Part shown: positions 55,420 through 64,000 of the stretch, piece after piece
Layout of the letters: every line of letters starts with the position of its first letter
Numbering within the stretch: the stretch's first letter is position 1
NCBI GenBank assembly: GCA_017511005.1
Contig: JAFWLP010000069.1
Coordinates: 1,918 to 65,917 of the forward strand
Direction: 5' to 3'
DNA length: 64,000 nucleotides
Source of the DNA: Clostridiales bacterium
Lineage (GTDB): Bacteria; Bacillota; Clostridia; Saccharofermentanales; Saccharofermentanaceae
Position numbers and translations under genes: made by a program
Notes under the pieces: model-generated
The model's database searches: none
Told to the model about the DNA's origin: nothing
The model's input: the letters and a program-made list of their open reading frames with translations, nothing else

Positions 55420-56673
55420 ATGGAAGAAGAATTATCCGTATCCTATATAACGATGCCGAAAGGCTTTAAGGCAAACGGTGTTTCCGCCGGCATGAAATGC
55501 GCCGATCCCGCAAACATCAACGAGAACGATCCCAAGTCATCTTACCTTGATGTCGGAATGGTCTATTCCGAAATACCGTGCAATGTCGCCGGCGTATATA
55601 CATCCAATCTCGTCAAAGGCCATTCTCTCGTAAGATCCATCGACATAATAGAGAACAAAGGCAAAGCCCGCGGCATCATCGTAAACAGCAAGGTAGCCAA
55701 CGCAGGTGTCGGCTCCGTCGGTGTCGAGGATGCCTGCAAGGTTGCCGAAAGCGCCGCTTCCCTGCTGGACTGCGACGCTTCCGAGATCCTGACGGCTTCA
55801 ACCGGCGTCATCGGAACAAGGCTCCCTGTCGATAAGATCACCGGTGTTATCCCCTCTTTGGTTTACGGCCTTTCCGTCGCCGAAGAGACTGCACACAATG
55901 CCGAATACGCCATGATGACCACGGATACGGTACCCAAGGAGGTATCAGCACAGATCGAACTGACTGACGGCAAGACCGTAACTATCTCCGGCATGGCCAA
56001 GGGTTCAGGCATGATCCACCCCAACCTTGCCACCATGATCTGCATATTCACGACCGACTGCGGCATCGCTTCTGATTCTCTTAAGAAAATGCTCCAGAAG
56101 GCCGTCAAATACACTTTCAACAGAGTCAGCGTCGACGGTGACACTTCCGTATGCGATATGGTCGTCGTACTCGCAAACGGTGCTTCAGGCGTAGAGATCA
56201 CAGAAGGAACGGAGGATTACCAGATCGTTGAAGACGCTCTCTGCGGTCTCTCGGAAGACATCGCGAGAATGCTCGCTTCCGACGGCGAGGGCGCAACCAA
56301 ATTCGTCGAGATAGAGGTTCACGGCGCCGCCAACGAGAAAGATGCCAAGCTCATCGTCACTTCCGTTGCCAGATCTCCTCTCTGCAAGACAGCTTTTTTT
56401 GGCATGGATGCCAATATCGGCCGTATCCTTACGGCTGTCGGTTATTCCGGCGCCATTTTCGATCCAGAGAAAGTAGACATCAGGCTCTCAGGCCTTCTCA
56501 TGTATAAAGACGGCGCAGCTGTCGATTTCGATGAGGAAGAGGCTTCAAGGCTTCTTGCCGAGCACGACATCAAGGTCGACATCACCCTTTACGAGGGCGA
56601 CGCCTATGACAGAATGTTCACCTGCGACTTTTCGTATGATTATGTAAAGATCAACGGCAGCTACAGGACGTAA
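55420..56673 (+). CDS. argJ: Glutamate N-acetyltransferase / ornithine acetyltransferase
   Basis: PKGF, ANAG, STGVIG, MTTDT, KGSGMIHPNLAT, DGEGATK and YVKINGSYRT motifs. Confidence 0.96.
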   Translation: MEEELSVSYITMPKGFKANGVSAGMKCADPANINENDPKSSYLDVGMVYSEIPCNVAGVYTSNLVKGHSLVRSIDIIENKGKARGIIVNSKVANAGVGSVGVEDACKVAESAASLLDCDASEILTASTGVIGTRLPVDKITGVIPSLVYGLSVAEETAHNAEYAMMTTDTVPKEVSAQIELTDGKTVTISGMAKGSGMIHPNLATMICIFTTDCGIASDSLKKMLQKAVKYTFNRVSVDGDTSVCDMVVVLANGASGVEITEGTEDYQIVEDALCGLSEDIARMLASDGEGATKFVEIEVHGAANEKDAKLIVTSVARSPLCKTAFFGMDANIGRILTAVGYSGAIFDPEKVDIRLSGLLMYKDGAAVDFDEEEASRLLAEHDIKVDITLYEGDAYDRMFTCDFSYDYVKINGSYRT

Positions 56674-56699
56674 GAGAATTTCAGGATTTATTTGTCATG

Positions 56700-56733
56700 A
56701 GATCACGCTTGCTGAACGGGCGTGATCTTTTTT
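56700..56733 (+). terminator. argJ terminator
   Basis: AGATCACGCTTG/CGGGCGTGATCT stem plus TTTTT. Confidence 0.8.
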
Positions 56734-56746
56734 ATCTTCTATAATC

Positions 56747-56779
56747 AAAAAGCCCCCGAAGCCATAAGACTACGGGGGC
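56747..56779 (-). terminator. tig terminator
   Basis: GCCCCCG/CGGGGGC stem plus TTTTT on the minus strand. Confidence 0.8.
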
Positions 56780-56802
56780 AGGATAATTAATCTAAGTAAA
56801 CT

Positions 56803-58155
56803 TTACTCTTCAGTCTTTGCCTCTTCAGCTGCAGCCTCTGCTGGCTCCTCAGCAGGCTCCTCAGCGGGCTTGGGCTCAACCTTTACAGCCTTTGATGCAA
56901 GATACTCAACAGTCTTGCGTGCGCGGATGGAATCCTTGATGAAAGCGGAATCATCACCTATCGACTTCTTGACTTCCTCAAGATCCATCTTGTATGTGTT
57001 GGCGATGTTTGTGAGCTCCTCGTTGTAATCCTCATCTGTTACCTCGGGATTGACCTTCTCAGTGATCTTCTCGATAACGAGTGAAGACTTGACTCTTACT
57101 CTTGCCATAGGCTCGAGGGACTTCTTGAAGTCGTCCATGCTCTGGCCGACATACTGGAGATACATGTCAAGCGCGATGCCCTGGTTGGACATACGTGCTG
57201 CCTGATCGTCAGCCATCTGCTCAACTTCGTTCTGGATCATTGACTCGGGGATGTCGATCTCGCAGTTATCGCAAACCGCACGTACCGTCTCGTTCTCGAA
57301 TCCGGCCTTGTTATCCTTGTCGGCTTTCTCCTGCTGCTTGGCTCTTATGTCAGCCTTGAGCTCGTCAAGAGTATCGAACTCTGAAACGTCCTTTGCGAAC
57401 TCGTCGTCAAGCTCGGGAATGACCTCAGTCTTGATGGCGTGAATGGTTACGTTGAATGTAGCATCTGCACCCTTGAGGTCTTCTGCGTGATAATCCTCAG
57501 GGAACTTAACCTCAATGGTGAAACTCTCACCAACGGAATGTCCTGCAACCTGATCCTCAAATCCGGGGATGAAGGACTTGGAACCGAGCTTGAGGTTATA
57601 ACCCTCGCCCTTGCCGCCTTCGAAAGCAACGCCGTCCTTGAATCCTTCATAGTCGATGGTGACTGTATCACCATCCTGTGCGGGACGGTCCTCAACTTCC
57701 TCAAGGGAAGCATTTCTCTTTCTCATACGCTCGATCTCAGCGTCAACGTCCTCATCTGTTACCTCACGGTCCTTGAAAGGAACTTCAACGCCCTCGTACT
57801 GACCGAGCTCAAACTCAGGCTTTACGTAAACCGTGATGGTGTACTTGATGCCCTCTTCATTGATATCCGTAACGTCCATCTCAGGTCTGGATACAACCTT
57901 GAGGTCATGCTCCTTTACTGCTTCGGGATACTGCTCGTTTGCGATCTCGTTTATAGAGTCCTCGAAAAGAACACCCTCGCCGTAGTACTGGCAGACAAGC
58001 TGATAAGGAACCTTGCCCTTACGGAAACCCGGTACCTGGAAACGGTTCTTGTTCTTGTTGTAAGACTTCTTCAAAGCTCCGTTCCACTCTTCCTTGCTAG
58101 CCTCAAGGCTGATTACTACCTGAGAGTGTTCTTTTTTCTCAATTGTGGATGCCAT
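56803..58155 (-). CDS. tig: Trigger factor
   Basis: VPGFRKGKVP; FKBP domain FIPGFE and FPEDYHA. Confidence 0.97.
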   Translation of the reverse strand: MASTIEKKEHSQVVISLEASKEEWNGALKKSYNKNKNRFQVPGFRKGKVPYQLVCQYYGEGVLFEDSINEIANEQYPEAVKEHDLKVVSRPEMDVTDINEEGIKYTITVYVKPEFELGQYEGVEVPFKDREVTDEDVDAEIERMRKRNASLEEVEDRPAQDGDTVTIDYEGFKDGVAFEGGKGEGYNLKLGSKSFIPGFEDQVAGHSVGESFTIEVKFPEDYHAEDLKGADATFNVTIHAIKTEVIPELDDEFAKDVSEFDTLDELKADIRAKQQEKADKDNKAGFENETVRAVCDNCEIDIPESMIQNEVEQMADDQAARMSNQGIALDMYLQYVGQSMDDFKKSLEPMARVRVKSSLVIEKITEKVNPEVTDEDYNEELTNIANTYKMDLEEVKKSIGDDSAFIKDSIRARKTVEYLASKAVKVEPKPAEEPAEEPAEAAAEEAKTEE

Positions 58156-58234
58156 GTTATATCCTCCAAAATATTTATTATTAGATTAATAGCCGAGTAT
58201 GAATTGTATCACAGCGCGGCGAATGATTGCAATA

Positions 58235-58759
58235 TTATAATACTGTAACTTGTATTCCCTTAAGAACATCGAGCGTTGCCTGATGCAGATCCGGGGCAAA
58301 AGATGCCGTGAGAGACGAATCCACGATAACCTCGGCTTCGGGTGCGGCCGCCTTGGCGATAACCGCATTCGAGACAACGCAGATGTTGGAGACGAGACCG
58401 CAAACCTCGATCGCGGAAATCCCGGCAGCATTCTCCTTAAGATATTCTGCAAGCCCGATGCTGCCGAATGCAGGCTTCTCGAAGCACTTTTTGCCGGAGA
58501 GAAGCGGCTTCAGTTCCTCACAAAGGCCCCAGCCGTCTGAACCCTTGATGCAGTGCGGCACGGGAAGATTCTTTCCTTCCTGTGTCTCCATATAGTTTTC
58601 GGAATGGGTATCAAGCGTATAGACTATCTCATCGCCTGCTTCTACATATTCTTTAATCCTGGCAGCAATGCCCGGAATGATCCTGTCGGCACCTTCAAAG
58701 CCCAGTGCCCCGTCGATAAAATCCTTCTGCATGTCCACAACAATGAGAATCTTACGCAT
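58235..58759 (-). CDS. Isochorismatase-family cysteine hydrolase (nicotinamidase-like)
   Basis: VVDMQKDF, DTH, HC, EKPAF and ICV motifs. True start is ATG 58759 (AGGAGG); the ORF-track start overlaps the tRNA. Confidence 0.88.
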   Translation of the reverse strand: MRKILIVVDMQKDFIDGALGFEGADRIIPGIAARIKEYVEAGDEIVYTLDTHSENYMETQEGKNLPVPHCIKGSDGWGLCEELKPLLSGKKCFEKPAFGSIGLAEYLKENAAGISAIEVCGLVSNICVVSNAVIAKAAAPEAEVIVDSSLTASFAPDLHQATLDVLKGIQVTVL

Positions 58760-58816
58760 GTAATAACCTCCTTCAGGTAATAAAAAAGCTGCCGCGTACC
58801 GCAACAGCTTTGTATC

Positions 58817-58893
<77 letters not shown>

Positions 58894-58906
58894 ATATAGC
58901 CTAATA

Positions 58907-58953
58907 ATAATATTACTTGACGCATTGAAAGTCAATCACGATTTAGATAGAAT
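58907..58953. promoter_or_regulatory. Overlapping divergent sigma-A promoters (tRNA-Arg / phosphatase)
   Basis: Minus strand TTGACT-N17-TATTAT (58935-58907); plus strand TTGAAA-N17-TAGAAT (58925-58953). Confidence 0.7.
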
Positions 58954-58984
58954 AACTCCTATCGAATTAATGGGAGACTTTTTC

Positions 58985-59725
58985 ATGAGCTCATATGATC
59001 CTGATTCACAGTTAGTAAAAGAACTCGCACTCATCAACTGCAGAGAACTCGGAGGCATGCCGCTGGCCGGTGATAAGACTTTCCGCACGGGAATATTCTT
59101 AAGATCCGGCTCACCCGAATGGCTCACCGCCGGCCAGATAAACGAAGTTAAGGAATACGGCGTAAAGACTGTCATTGATCTGCGCGCTGTTGAAGAACTC
59201 AAAGGATCAGGCAATCCGTTCGCATCAGATCCGGACGTGGACTTTCATAACATTCCGCTATTTAACGGCGATCCGAACGGCAATGACGACAAGACCATGG
59301 AATTCATACTGACTCATACTCTCGGAGATTACTATGTCATCATCGCTGAAGAGATGGGCGACCGTCTGGCAAAGATAATGCGTATTCTGCTCAACAGTGA
59401 CGGGCTTACGCTTTTCCACTGCGCTCACGGCAAGGACAGAACAGGTGTCGTTGCAGCACTTCTCTACAGCCTTTGCGGAGCCTCAAGAGATAACATCATT
59501 ACCAATTATGCGATCTCATACGAATACCTTAAGGATTTCCTTGCACCATCCATAGCAAAGCTTCCCGACAATATGAAGCACATACTGAGATCTGACGCAC
59601 ACAACATGGTAACTTTCCTTGACTACGTTGACAGCAGATGGAACGGAGATGCCGCAGCACTCCTTATGGCAAACGGCCTGTCAGGAGACGAGATAAGCGC
59701 TCTCAGGCGCAAATGCATGGCGTAA
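58985..59725 (+). CDS. Cys-based protein tyrosine/lipid phosphatase (Y_phosphatase3)
   Basis: NCRELGG, RSG, IDLR and HCAHGKDRTG motifs; start ATG 58985 after GGGAG. Confidence 0.9.
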   Translation: MSSYDPDSQLVKELALINCRELGGMPLAGDKTFRTGIFLRSGSPEWLTAGQINEVKEYGVKTVIDLRAVEELKGSGNPFASDPDVDFHNIPLFNGDPNGNDDKTMEFILTHTLGDYYVIIAEEMGDRLAKIMRILLNSDGLTLFHCAHGKDRTGVVAALLYSLCGASRDNIITNYAISYEYLKDFLAPSIAKLPDNMKHILRSDAHNMVTFLDYVDSRWNGDAAALLMANGLSGDEISALRRKCMA

Positions 59726-59791
59726 CTTTTTCGATATTGCCGTAAAAACGGTTCACATGTGCGCGAAAACGCAGCCCGGCAAAATGTCAGA

Positions 59792-61099
59792 TCACACCGC
59801 TTCTCCCAAATGGATGATCGAGACGTTGCCGTAATCGTCAAATTCAAATGAGAGCACGAATTCGCCGTCGCCGTTCTTGAACGAACCTGTGTATCCGCAT
59901 CCGTCAAACATTGGATAAACGAGCAGGAGCTCCGAGATGTTCATGCCTATGTAAAGGTCCTCACCGAACGATAACCCGTTATACTTACGGAGAAGGATCG
60001 ACGTAAGTCTTCCCGTAGACCACTGACCGTCCTCAGAGATCTCGGCATTAAGACGCAATGTCGCGCCATCGTAAACTATGATGACAAGGTCGGATGTGGT
60101 GGTCGTGAACTTGGGAGCGCCAAGAATCTTTCTGATCTCACTAAAAGTATAGGTTGAACCCATTCTGAGACTTCCCCCGCCCTCTTTGCCGAATCTGACC
60201 TCCCTGACTGTTGCCGGGATGTGATCCTCGAGCATGTACTCGCCGTCGTTCTTAAGCCTCAGGTCAACTGTCTTTGACGTGATGGACGTTCCGTCAGAAG
60301 AGAAGACTTCGGGAATGACATAAGAAATACATGTTGGAGAGAAAATCCTCAATTCATAATCGGAAGACTTCGTCTTGACCTTAAGGGTGTAATAGTCGGA
60401 AATGTAATCGGCTTTGGCGTGGATAACCGAATTCAGGTAGATATCGGAATTGTATGCGGATTTGATTATTGCTTCCAGGCCGTCAACATTTCTTTCGTCG
60501 ATCATCTCGAAATAATGATTGATATAGGAATATGCGAGCATTGAATCGACGATGTAATTACTGGCCATGCAATAGCCGGTGCCATGCTTTGCGATAACGA
60601 ATCTGACCGGCGGTGAATTCGGAGATTTGTCATTCGAATAGCAAAGCTCAACGACATCGATGTTGCCGTAGTATTCAATTTTCCTGTAATCTTCATTTTC
60701 TGAATCGATCTTCTGGAAATACCTTTCCTTCTCGTTCTCGTTCAATATCTTGAACGAATCGGCGGTACCGTGTTTTTGAGAACACTTCCTCAATATCGAA
60801 CAGTACTCGGAAAAGATCGAATAGGACAGCCCGTCAAGCTGGCTCGAGGGAATGCTCGCAAAACAGTCGGCAACATTGGCGTCACTGTTGACAGCATTGG
60901 TAATAAGCCTCGCAAGTTCAGCTTCAGACAAAGCCTTCTGCGCGACGTTCAGACCGCTGGTAATGTTGTTGATGAAGTTACAGCCGGACAATGCCACCGT
61001 TCCGGCGATCATTGCAATGCACAGGATAACGGAAAGGACTTTTTTCAAAGCTCCTACCCGTACCGTCGTGCTTTCACTGCATTTCTTCAAAAACTTCAT
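59792..61099 (-). CDS. Hypothetical lipoprotein
   Basis: Hydrophobic signal with LSGC lipobox; ATGA-coupled to rlmB. Confidence 0.7.
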   Translation of the reverse strand: MKFLKKCSESTTVRVGALKKVLSVILCIAMIAGTVALSGCNFINNITSGLNVAQKALSEAELARLITNAVNSDANVADCFASIPSSQLDGLSYSIFSEYCSILRKCSQKHGTADSFKILNENEKERYFQKIDSENEDYRKIEYYGNIDVVELCYSNDKSPNSPPVRFVIAKHGTGYCMASNYIVDSMLAYSYINHYFEMIDERNVDGLEAIIKSAYNSDIYLNSVIHAKADYISDYYTLKVKTKSSDYELRIFSPTCISYVIPEVFSSDGTSITSKTVDLRLKNDGEYMLEDHIPATVREVRFGKEGGGSLRMGSTYTFSEIRKILGAPKFTTTTSDLVIIVYDGATLRLNAEISEDGQWSTGRLTSILLRKYNGLSFGEDLYIGMNISELLLVYPMFDGCGYTGSFKNGDGEFVLSFEFDDYGNVSIIHLGEAV

Positions 61100-61974
61100 T
61101 CTTCCCTGTTTCTCTTTGCCTGTGCCTCGAAAAGCACCACACCGGCCGCCACAGCGGCATTAAGGCTGTTGACGTGACCCGACATCGGTATCGATACGGT
61201 AAAGTCACAGCACTTTCTGACACCGTCTCTCATGCCGTCGCCTTCACTTCCGATAACCACTACAAGATTACCCGAATAATCGGCATTATGATACTCATAA
61301 TCCGCATTCATATCTGTACCGCAGACCCAGAAGTTCTCTTTCTCCTTGAGCCATGTAAGCGTCTGGGCAAGGTTTGTGACCCTTGCGACTGGCACATATT
61401 CGATTGCACCGGCCGAAGCCTTGGCGACCATCGAATCCAGAGCCACGGATCTTCTCTCCGGAATGATGACTCCGTCAACTCCGCAGCAATCCGATATCCT
61501 CAGGATAGAGCCGAGATTATACGCATCCTTGATCTCGTCCAGAGCGACGAGCAGGGCCGCTCTTCCTTCCTCCCTGCACTTTGCAATTATCTCATCAAGA
61601 TCGGCATAGCTGTGAGGCGCAACTGAGGCAATAACTCCCTGGTGATTATGAGTGGCACTCATCTTATCAAGGATCTGCCTTGTTGCTCTCGTAACGACTA
61701 TCCCGCGCTTGTTTGCTTCATCCAGGATCCTGATAAGGCCGTGATCCAGAGGCTTGTCGCCCTCAGGCTTCAATATCCAGATCTTATTGAAATCCCTTCC
61801 CGCAGCCAACGCTTCGGTTACGGCATTTCTGCCTTCGATCTTGTCAGTCGAGCCTTCTTTAGCGAACGCGTCGTCTTCCCTGTCACGTCTGGTATCAGGC
61901 CTGCGGTCAGGTCTGCTGCCCTCAGGTCTTCCCTGTCTCTTATCCTGATTAAAACGTCTTCTGCCTTTATCCAT
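61096..61974 (-). CDS. rlmB: 23S rRNA Gm2251 2'-O-methyltransferase
   Basis: EGRNAV, HQGV, YNLGSILR, KASAGA, GSEG and SLNAAVA motifs. Confidence 0.94.
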   Translation of the reverse strand: MDKGRRRFNQDKRQGRPEGSRPDRRPDTRRDREDDAFAKEGSTDKIEGRNAVTEALAAGRDFNKIWILKPEGDKPLDHGLIRILDEANKRGIVVTRATRQILDKMSATHNHQGVIASVAPHSYADLDEIIAKCREEGRAALLVALDEIKDAYNLGSILRISDCCGVDGVIIPERRSVALDSMVAKASAGAIEYVPVARVTNLAQTLTWLKEKENFWVCGTDMNADYEYHNADYSGNLVVVIGSEGDGMRDGVRKCCDFTVSIPMSGHVNSLNAAVAAGVVLFEAQAKRNREE

Positions 61975-62398
61975 TGTCCTGCTCAGTTTCCTTGTTTATT
62001 ACCCCGTCACAGATATCGAAGCTCTTGTAGATAAGATACTCCATTCTGGGCTCCTCATTATTGAGGAAAAGATATCCCAGAAGGGCTTCGAATCCTGTCG
62101 CGTACATGTAGTCGGCGTGGTTTGCGTTTTTCGATACCGCATGAGGATTCGAATTCTTGCCTCTTCTGAAATAATCCGTTTCCGTCTCAGTCAGTTCATC
62201 AGCAAGGATCCTAACACTCGCCGCCTGCGCCTCTGCAGACACGTAGCGCACGGTGTTGTTATGCATCTTGTTGTTGCTTCCGGCACCTAATGTCGCGGAC
62301 TTGCAGCGCGCGTAAAGCTCATAGATCGAATCTCCGATGTAAGCCAGCACGAGCGGAGATACTTCGCGCAGATCCTGTGCGATAAACGGTTTTATCAT
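61967..62398 (-). CDS. mrnC: Mini-ribonuclease III
   Basis: LAYIGDSIYEL, RRGKN and ATGFEALLGYL motifs; conserved cysS-mrnC-rlmB order. Confidence 0.93.
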   Translation of the reverse strand: MIKPFIAQDLREVSPLVLAYIGDSIYELYARCKSATLGAGSNNKMHNNTVRYVSAEAQAASVRILADELTETETDYFRRGKNSNPHAVSKNANHADYMYATGFEALLGYLFLNNEEPRMEYLIYKSFDICDGVINKETEQDNG

Positions 62399-63807
62399 CA
62401 GTTTGCCTTCTCGATTTTGAATCCGCCCGGAACATCCTTCACCGTGTAGCCCCTGGACTGGATCTCATCTCTTATCCTGTCGGCCTCAGCGTAGTCCTTA
62501 GCCTTCTTCGCCTCGGCTCTCTTATTGGCAAGCTCGGTGATCTCCTCGGGGATCTCATCCTCAAGATCAAGAACGATGCCGAGAACACCGGTAAGTTCAA
62601 CAATCTTGTCTCTTGCCTGCTTCAGGACTTCAGCGGACACTTTGCCCTCCTGGGCACCCGTGTTTGTCTGCCTTACGAGATTGAAGATATCGGTAATGGA
62701 ATCAGCGCTGTTGAGATCATCATCCATGTGCGCGATGAAGCTCTCACCAGCCGCCGTGATCGCGTCAGCCAGCACTTTGTCAGCTTCCGCATCACCTGCG
62801 AACTTGCCGTTGCCCAGCACAAAATCCGCATTCCTTACGCAGTTGGAGATCCTTCCGAGGCTCGTCTGGGCCGCAGCCAGAAGCTCATCGGAGAAATTGA
62901 TGGGACTCCTGTAATGGCCCAAGAGAATGAAGAATCTTATGACGTTATAAGGATATTTCCTGACGATATCCCTGATCGTGAAGAAATTGCCGAGTGACTT
63001 GCTCATCTTCTCGCCGTCGATATTCACGAATGCATTATGAACAAAGTAGTGGCAGAATGTGCATCCGTTTGCGGCCTCACTCTGCGCTATCTCGTTCTCG
63101 TGGTGCGGAAAGATAAGATCCTGTCCGCCGCCGTGGATATCGATCGTGTCGCCGAGATACTGCTTGATCATGGCTGAGCACTCGATGTGCCAGCCCGGTC
63201 TTCCTTCGCCCCAGGGTGAACCCCATGAAGGCTCACCTTCCTTCTTGAACTTCCAGAGCGCGAAATCGCCGGGATTCTTCTTGCCCTCGTAAGATGCCTT
63301 GCGCTCACCGCCGCCGGCAGCAAGCTCGTCGAGCTTGTAGTGCGAGAGCTTGCCGTAGTCAGCCTTCTTTGAGACATCGTAATATACGCCGTCGCCTTCA
63401 ATAACGTAGGTATACCCCTTATCCTCCATTGCCTTGATGAGACTTATTATCGCCTTCATCGAGTGAGTGGCCCTGGGCTGATGTGTCTGGCGCTTGATGT
63501 TGAGGCCGTCAGCGTCAACGTAATACTCTTTTATGAATCTGTCTGCAAGCTCGGATACAGTGATGCCTTCCTCGTTTGCGCGCTTGATCATCTTGTCATC
63601 GATATCCGTGAAATTCTGAACAAAGGTAACTTCATAGCCTCTGTATTCAAGATATCTGCTGAGCGTATCGAAAGTAACGAAAGGTCTTGCGTTGCCCAAA
63701 TGGAAATAGTCATAAACCGTAGGACCGCAGGAATACATCTTTACCTTGCCGGGTTCCATCGGTGTGAATTCTTCTTTTGTTCTTGTAAGCGTGTTGTAAA
63801 GCTTCAT
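62398..63807 (-). CDS. cysS: Cysteinyl-tRNA synthetase
   Basis: [20 protein letters not shown] and KMSKS motifs. Confidence 0.98.
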   Translation of the reverse strand: MKLYNTLTRTKEEFTPMEPGKVKMYSCGPTVYDYFHLGNARPFVTFDTLSRYLEYRGYEVTFVQNFTDIDDKMIKRANEEGITVSELADRFIKEYYVDADGLNIKRQTHQPRATHSMKAIISLIKAMEDKGYTYVIEGDGVYYDVSKKADYGKLSHYKLDELAAGGGERKASYEGKKNPGDFALWKFKKEGEPSWGSPWGEGRPGWHIECSAMIKQYLGDTIDIHGGGQDLIFPHHENEIAQSEAANGCTFCHYFVHNAFVNIDGEKMSKSLGNFFTIRDIVRKYPYNVIRFFILLGHYRSPINFSDELLAAAQTSLGRISNCVRNADFVLGNGKFAGDAEADKVLADAITAAGESFIAHMDDDLNSADSITDIFNLVRQTNTGAQEGKVSAEVLKQARDKIVELTGVLGIVLDLEDEIPEEITELANKRAEAKKAKDYAEADRIRDEIQSRGYTVKDVPGGFKIEKAN

Positions 63808-63964
63808 GATTATCTGTCTCCTTGAATTAATTTTTCCGTGAATAAATTGCGCTTTTAAGCGTCAACATCGGAAAAGATCAAGTCTGACAGCATCGGATGC
63901 ATTCTTCCGTCCAAATGCCGGAAGACCGTTTATGTTATTCCTGGAAGCGCGAAAACCGGACTGC

Positions 63965-63993
63965 AAAAAAATAAAGCCCGCCTCATAACGGGC
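63965..63993 (-). terminator. Terminator hairpin upstream of cysS (upstream gene or leader)
   Basis: Minus strand GCCCGTT-ATGA-GGCGGGC-TTTATTTTTTT. Confidence 0.65.
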
Positions 63994-64000
63994 AGCTTGA

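Noticed and set aside
57439-58248. 269-aa + strand ORF antisense to tig (similarly 25676-26467, 40175-40828, 45069-45803, 46442-47260 and the many short alternate-frame ORFs)
   Set aside because: These are shadow ORFs of well-supported genes, with no motifs and implausible composition.
63808-64000. T-box leader of cysS
   Set aside because: Only a terminator is visible at the window edge, with no T-box antiterminator motif inside the window.

Overview
The window is from a Firmicute, probably a rumen/gut Clostridia member judging from gene style. About 52 kb (1-51.9 kb) is a cell-envelope superlocus. It holds two Wzx/Wzy polysaccharide clusters. Cluster 1 (4.6-19.7 kb) has a CapD dehydratase, a membrane-anchored aminotransferase fusion, CDP-alditol genes, LicD, Stealth, pyruvyl- and acyl-transferases, and no classical GT2/GT4. 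Cluster 2 (35.5-47.2 kb) has CpsE, a WchF-like enzyme, GT4, GT2, a pyruvyl transferase, an FrhB-like Fe-S protein and rfbCD. The superlocus also carries a CpsC/D/B tyrosine phospho-switch, an LCP ligase, a class B sortase with an adjacent substrate, a G3PDH-like trio and a sugar-sensor diguanylate cyclase. Five genes share an ~88-aa Ig-like repeat: four secreted proteins with different N-terminal cargos and basic C-terminal repeats, plus one acidic single-domain protein. The remainder is housekeeping: M20 dipeptidase, NlpC/P60, tRNA-His/Gln/Lys, argJ, tig, tRNA-Arg and cysS-mrnC-rlmB. The best candidate for an undescribed system is the Ig-repeat tail acting as a surface-anchoring module co-encoded with its anionic or zwitterionic glycopolymer ligand. 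Other notable items are the CapD-anchor/AatB fusion, ~63-bp-period palindromic intergenic elements and an A53-U61 tRNA-Arg. No CRISPR, integrase, transposase or rRNA was seen. All family calls come from motif recognition by eye; no searches were run.
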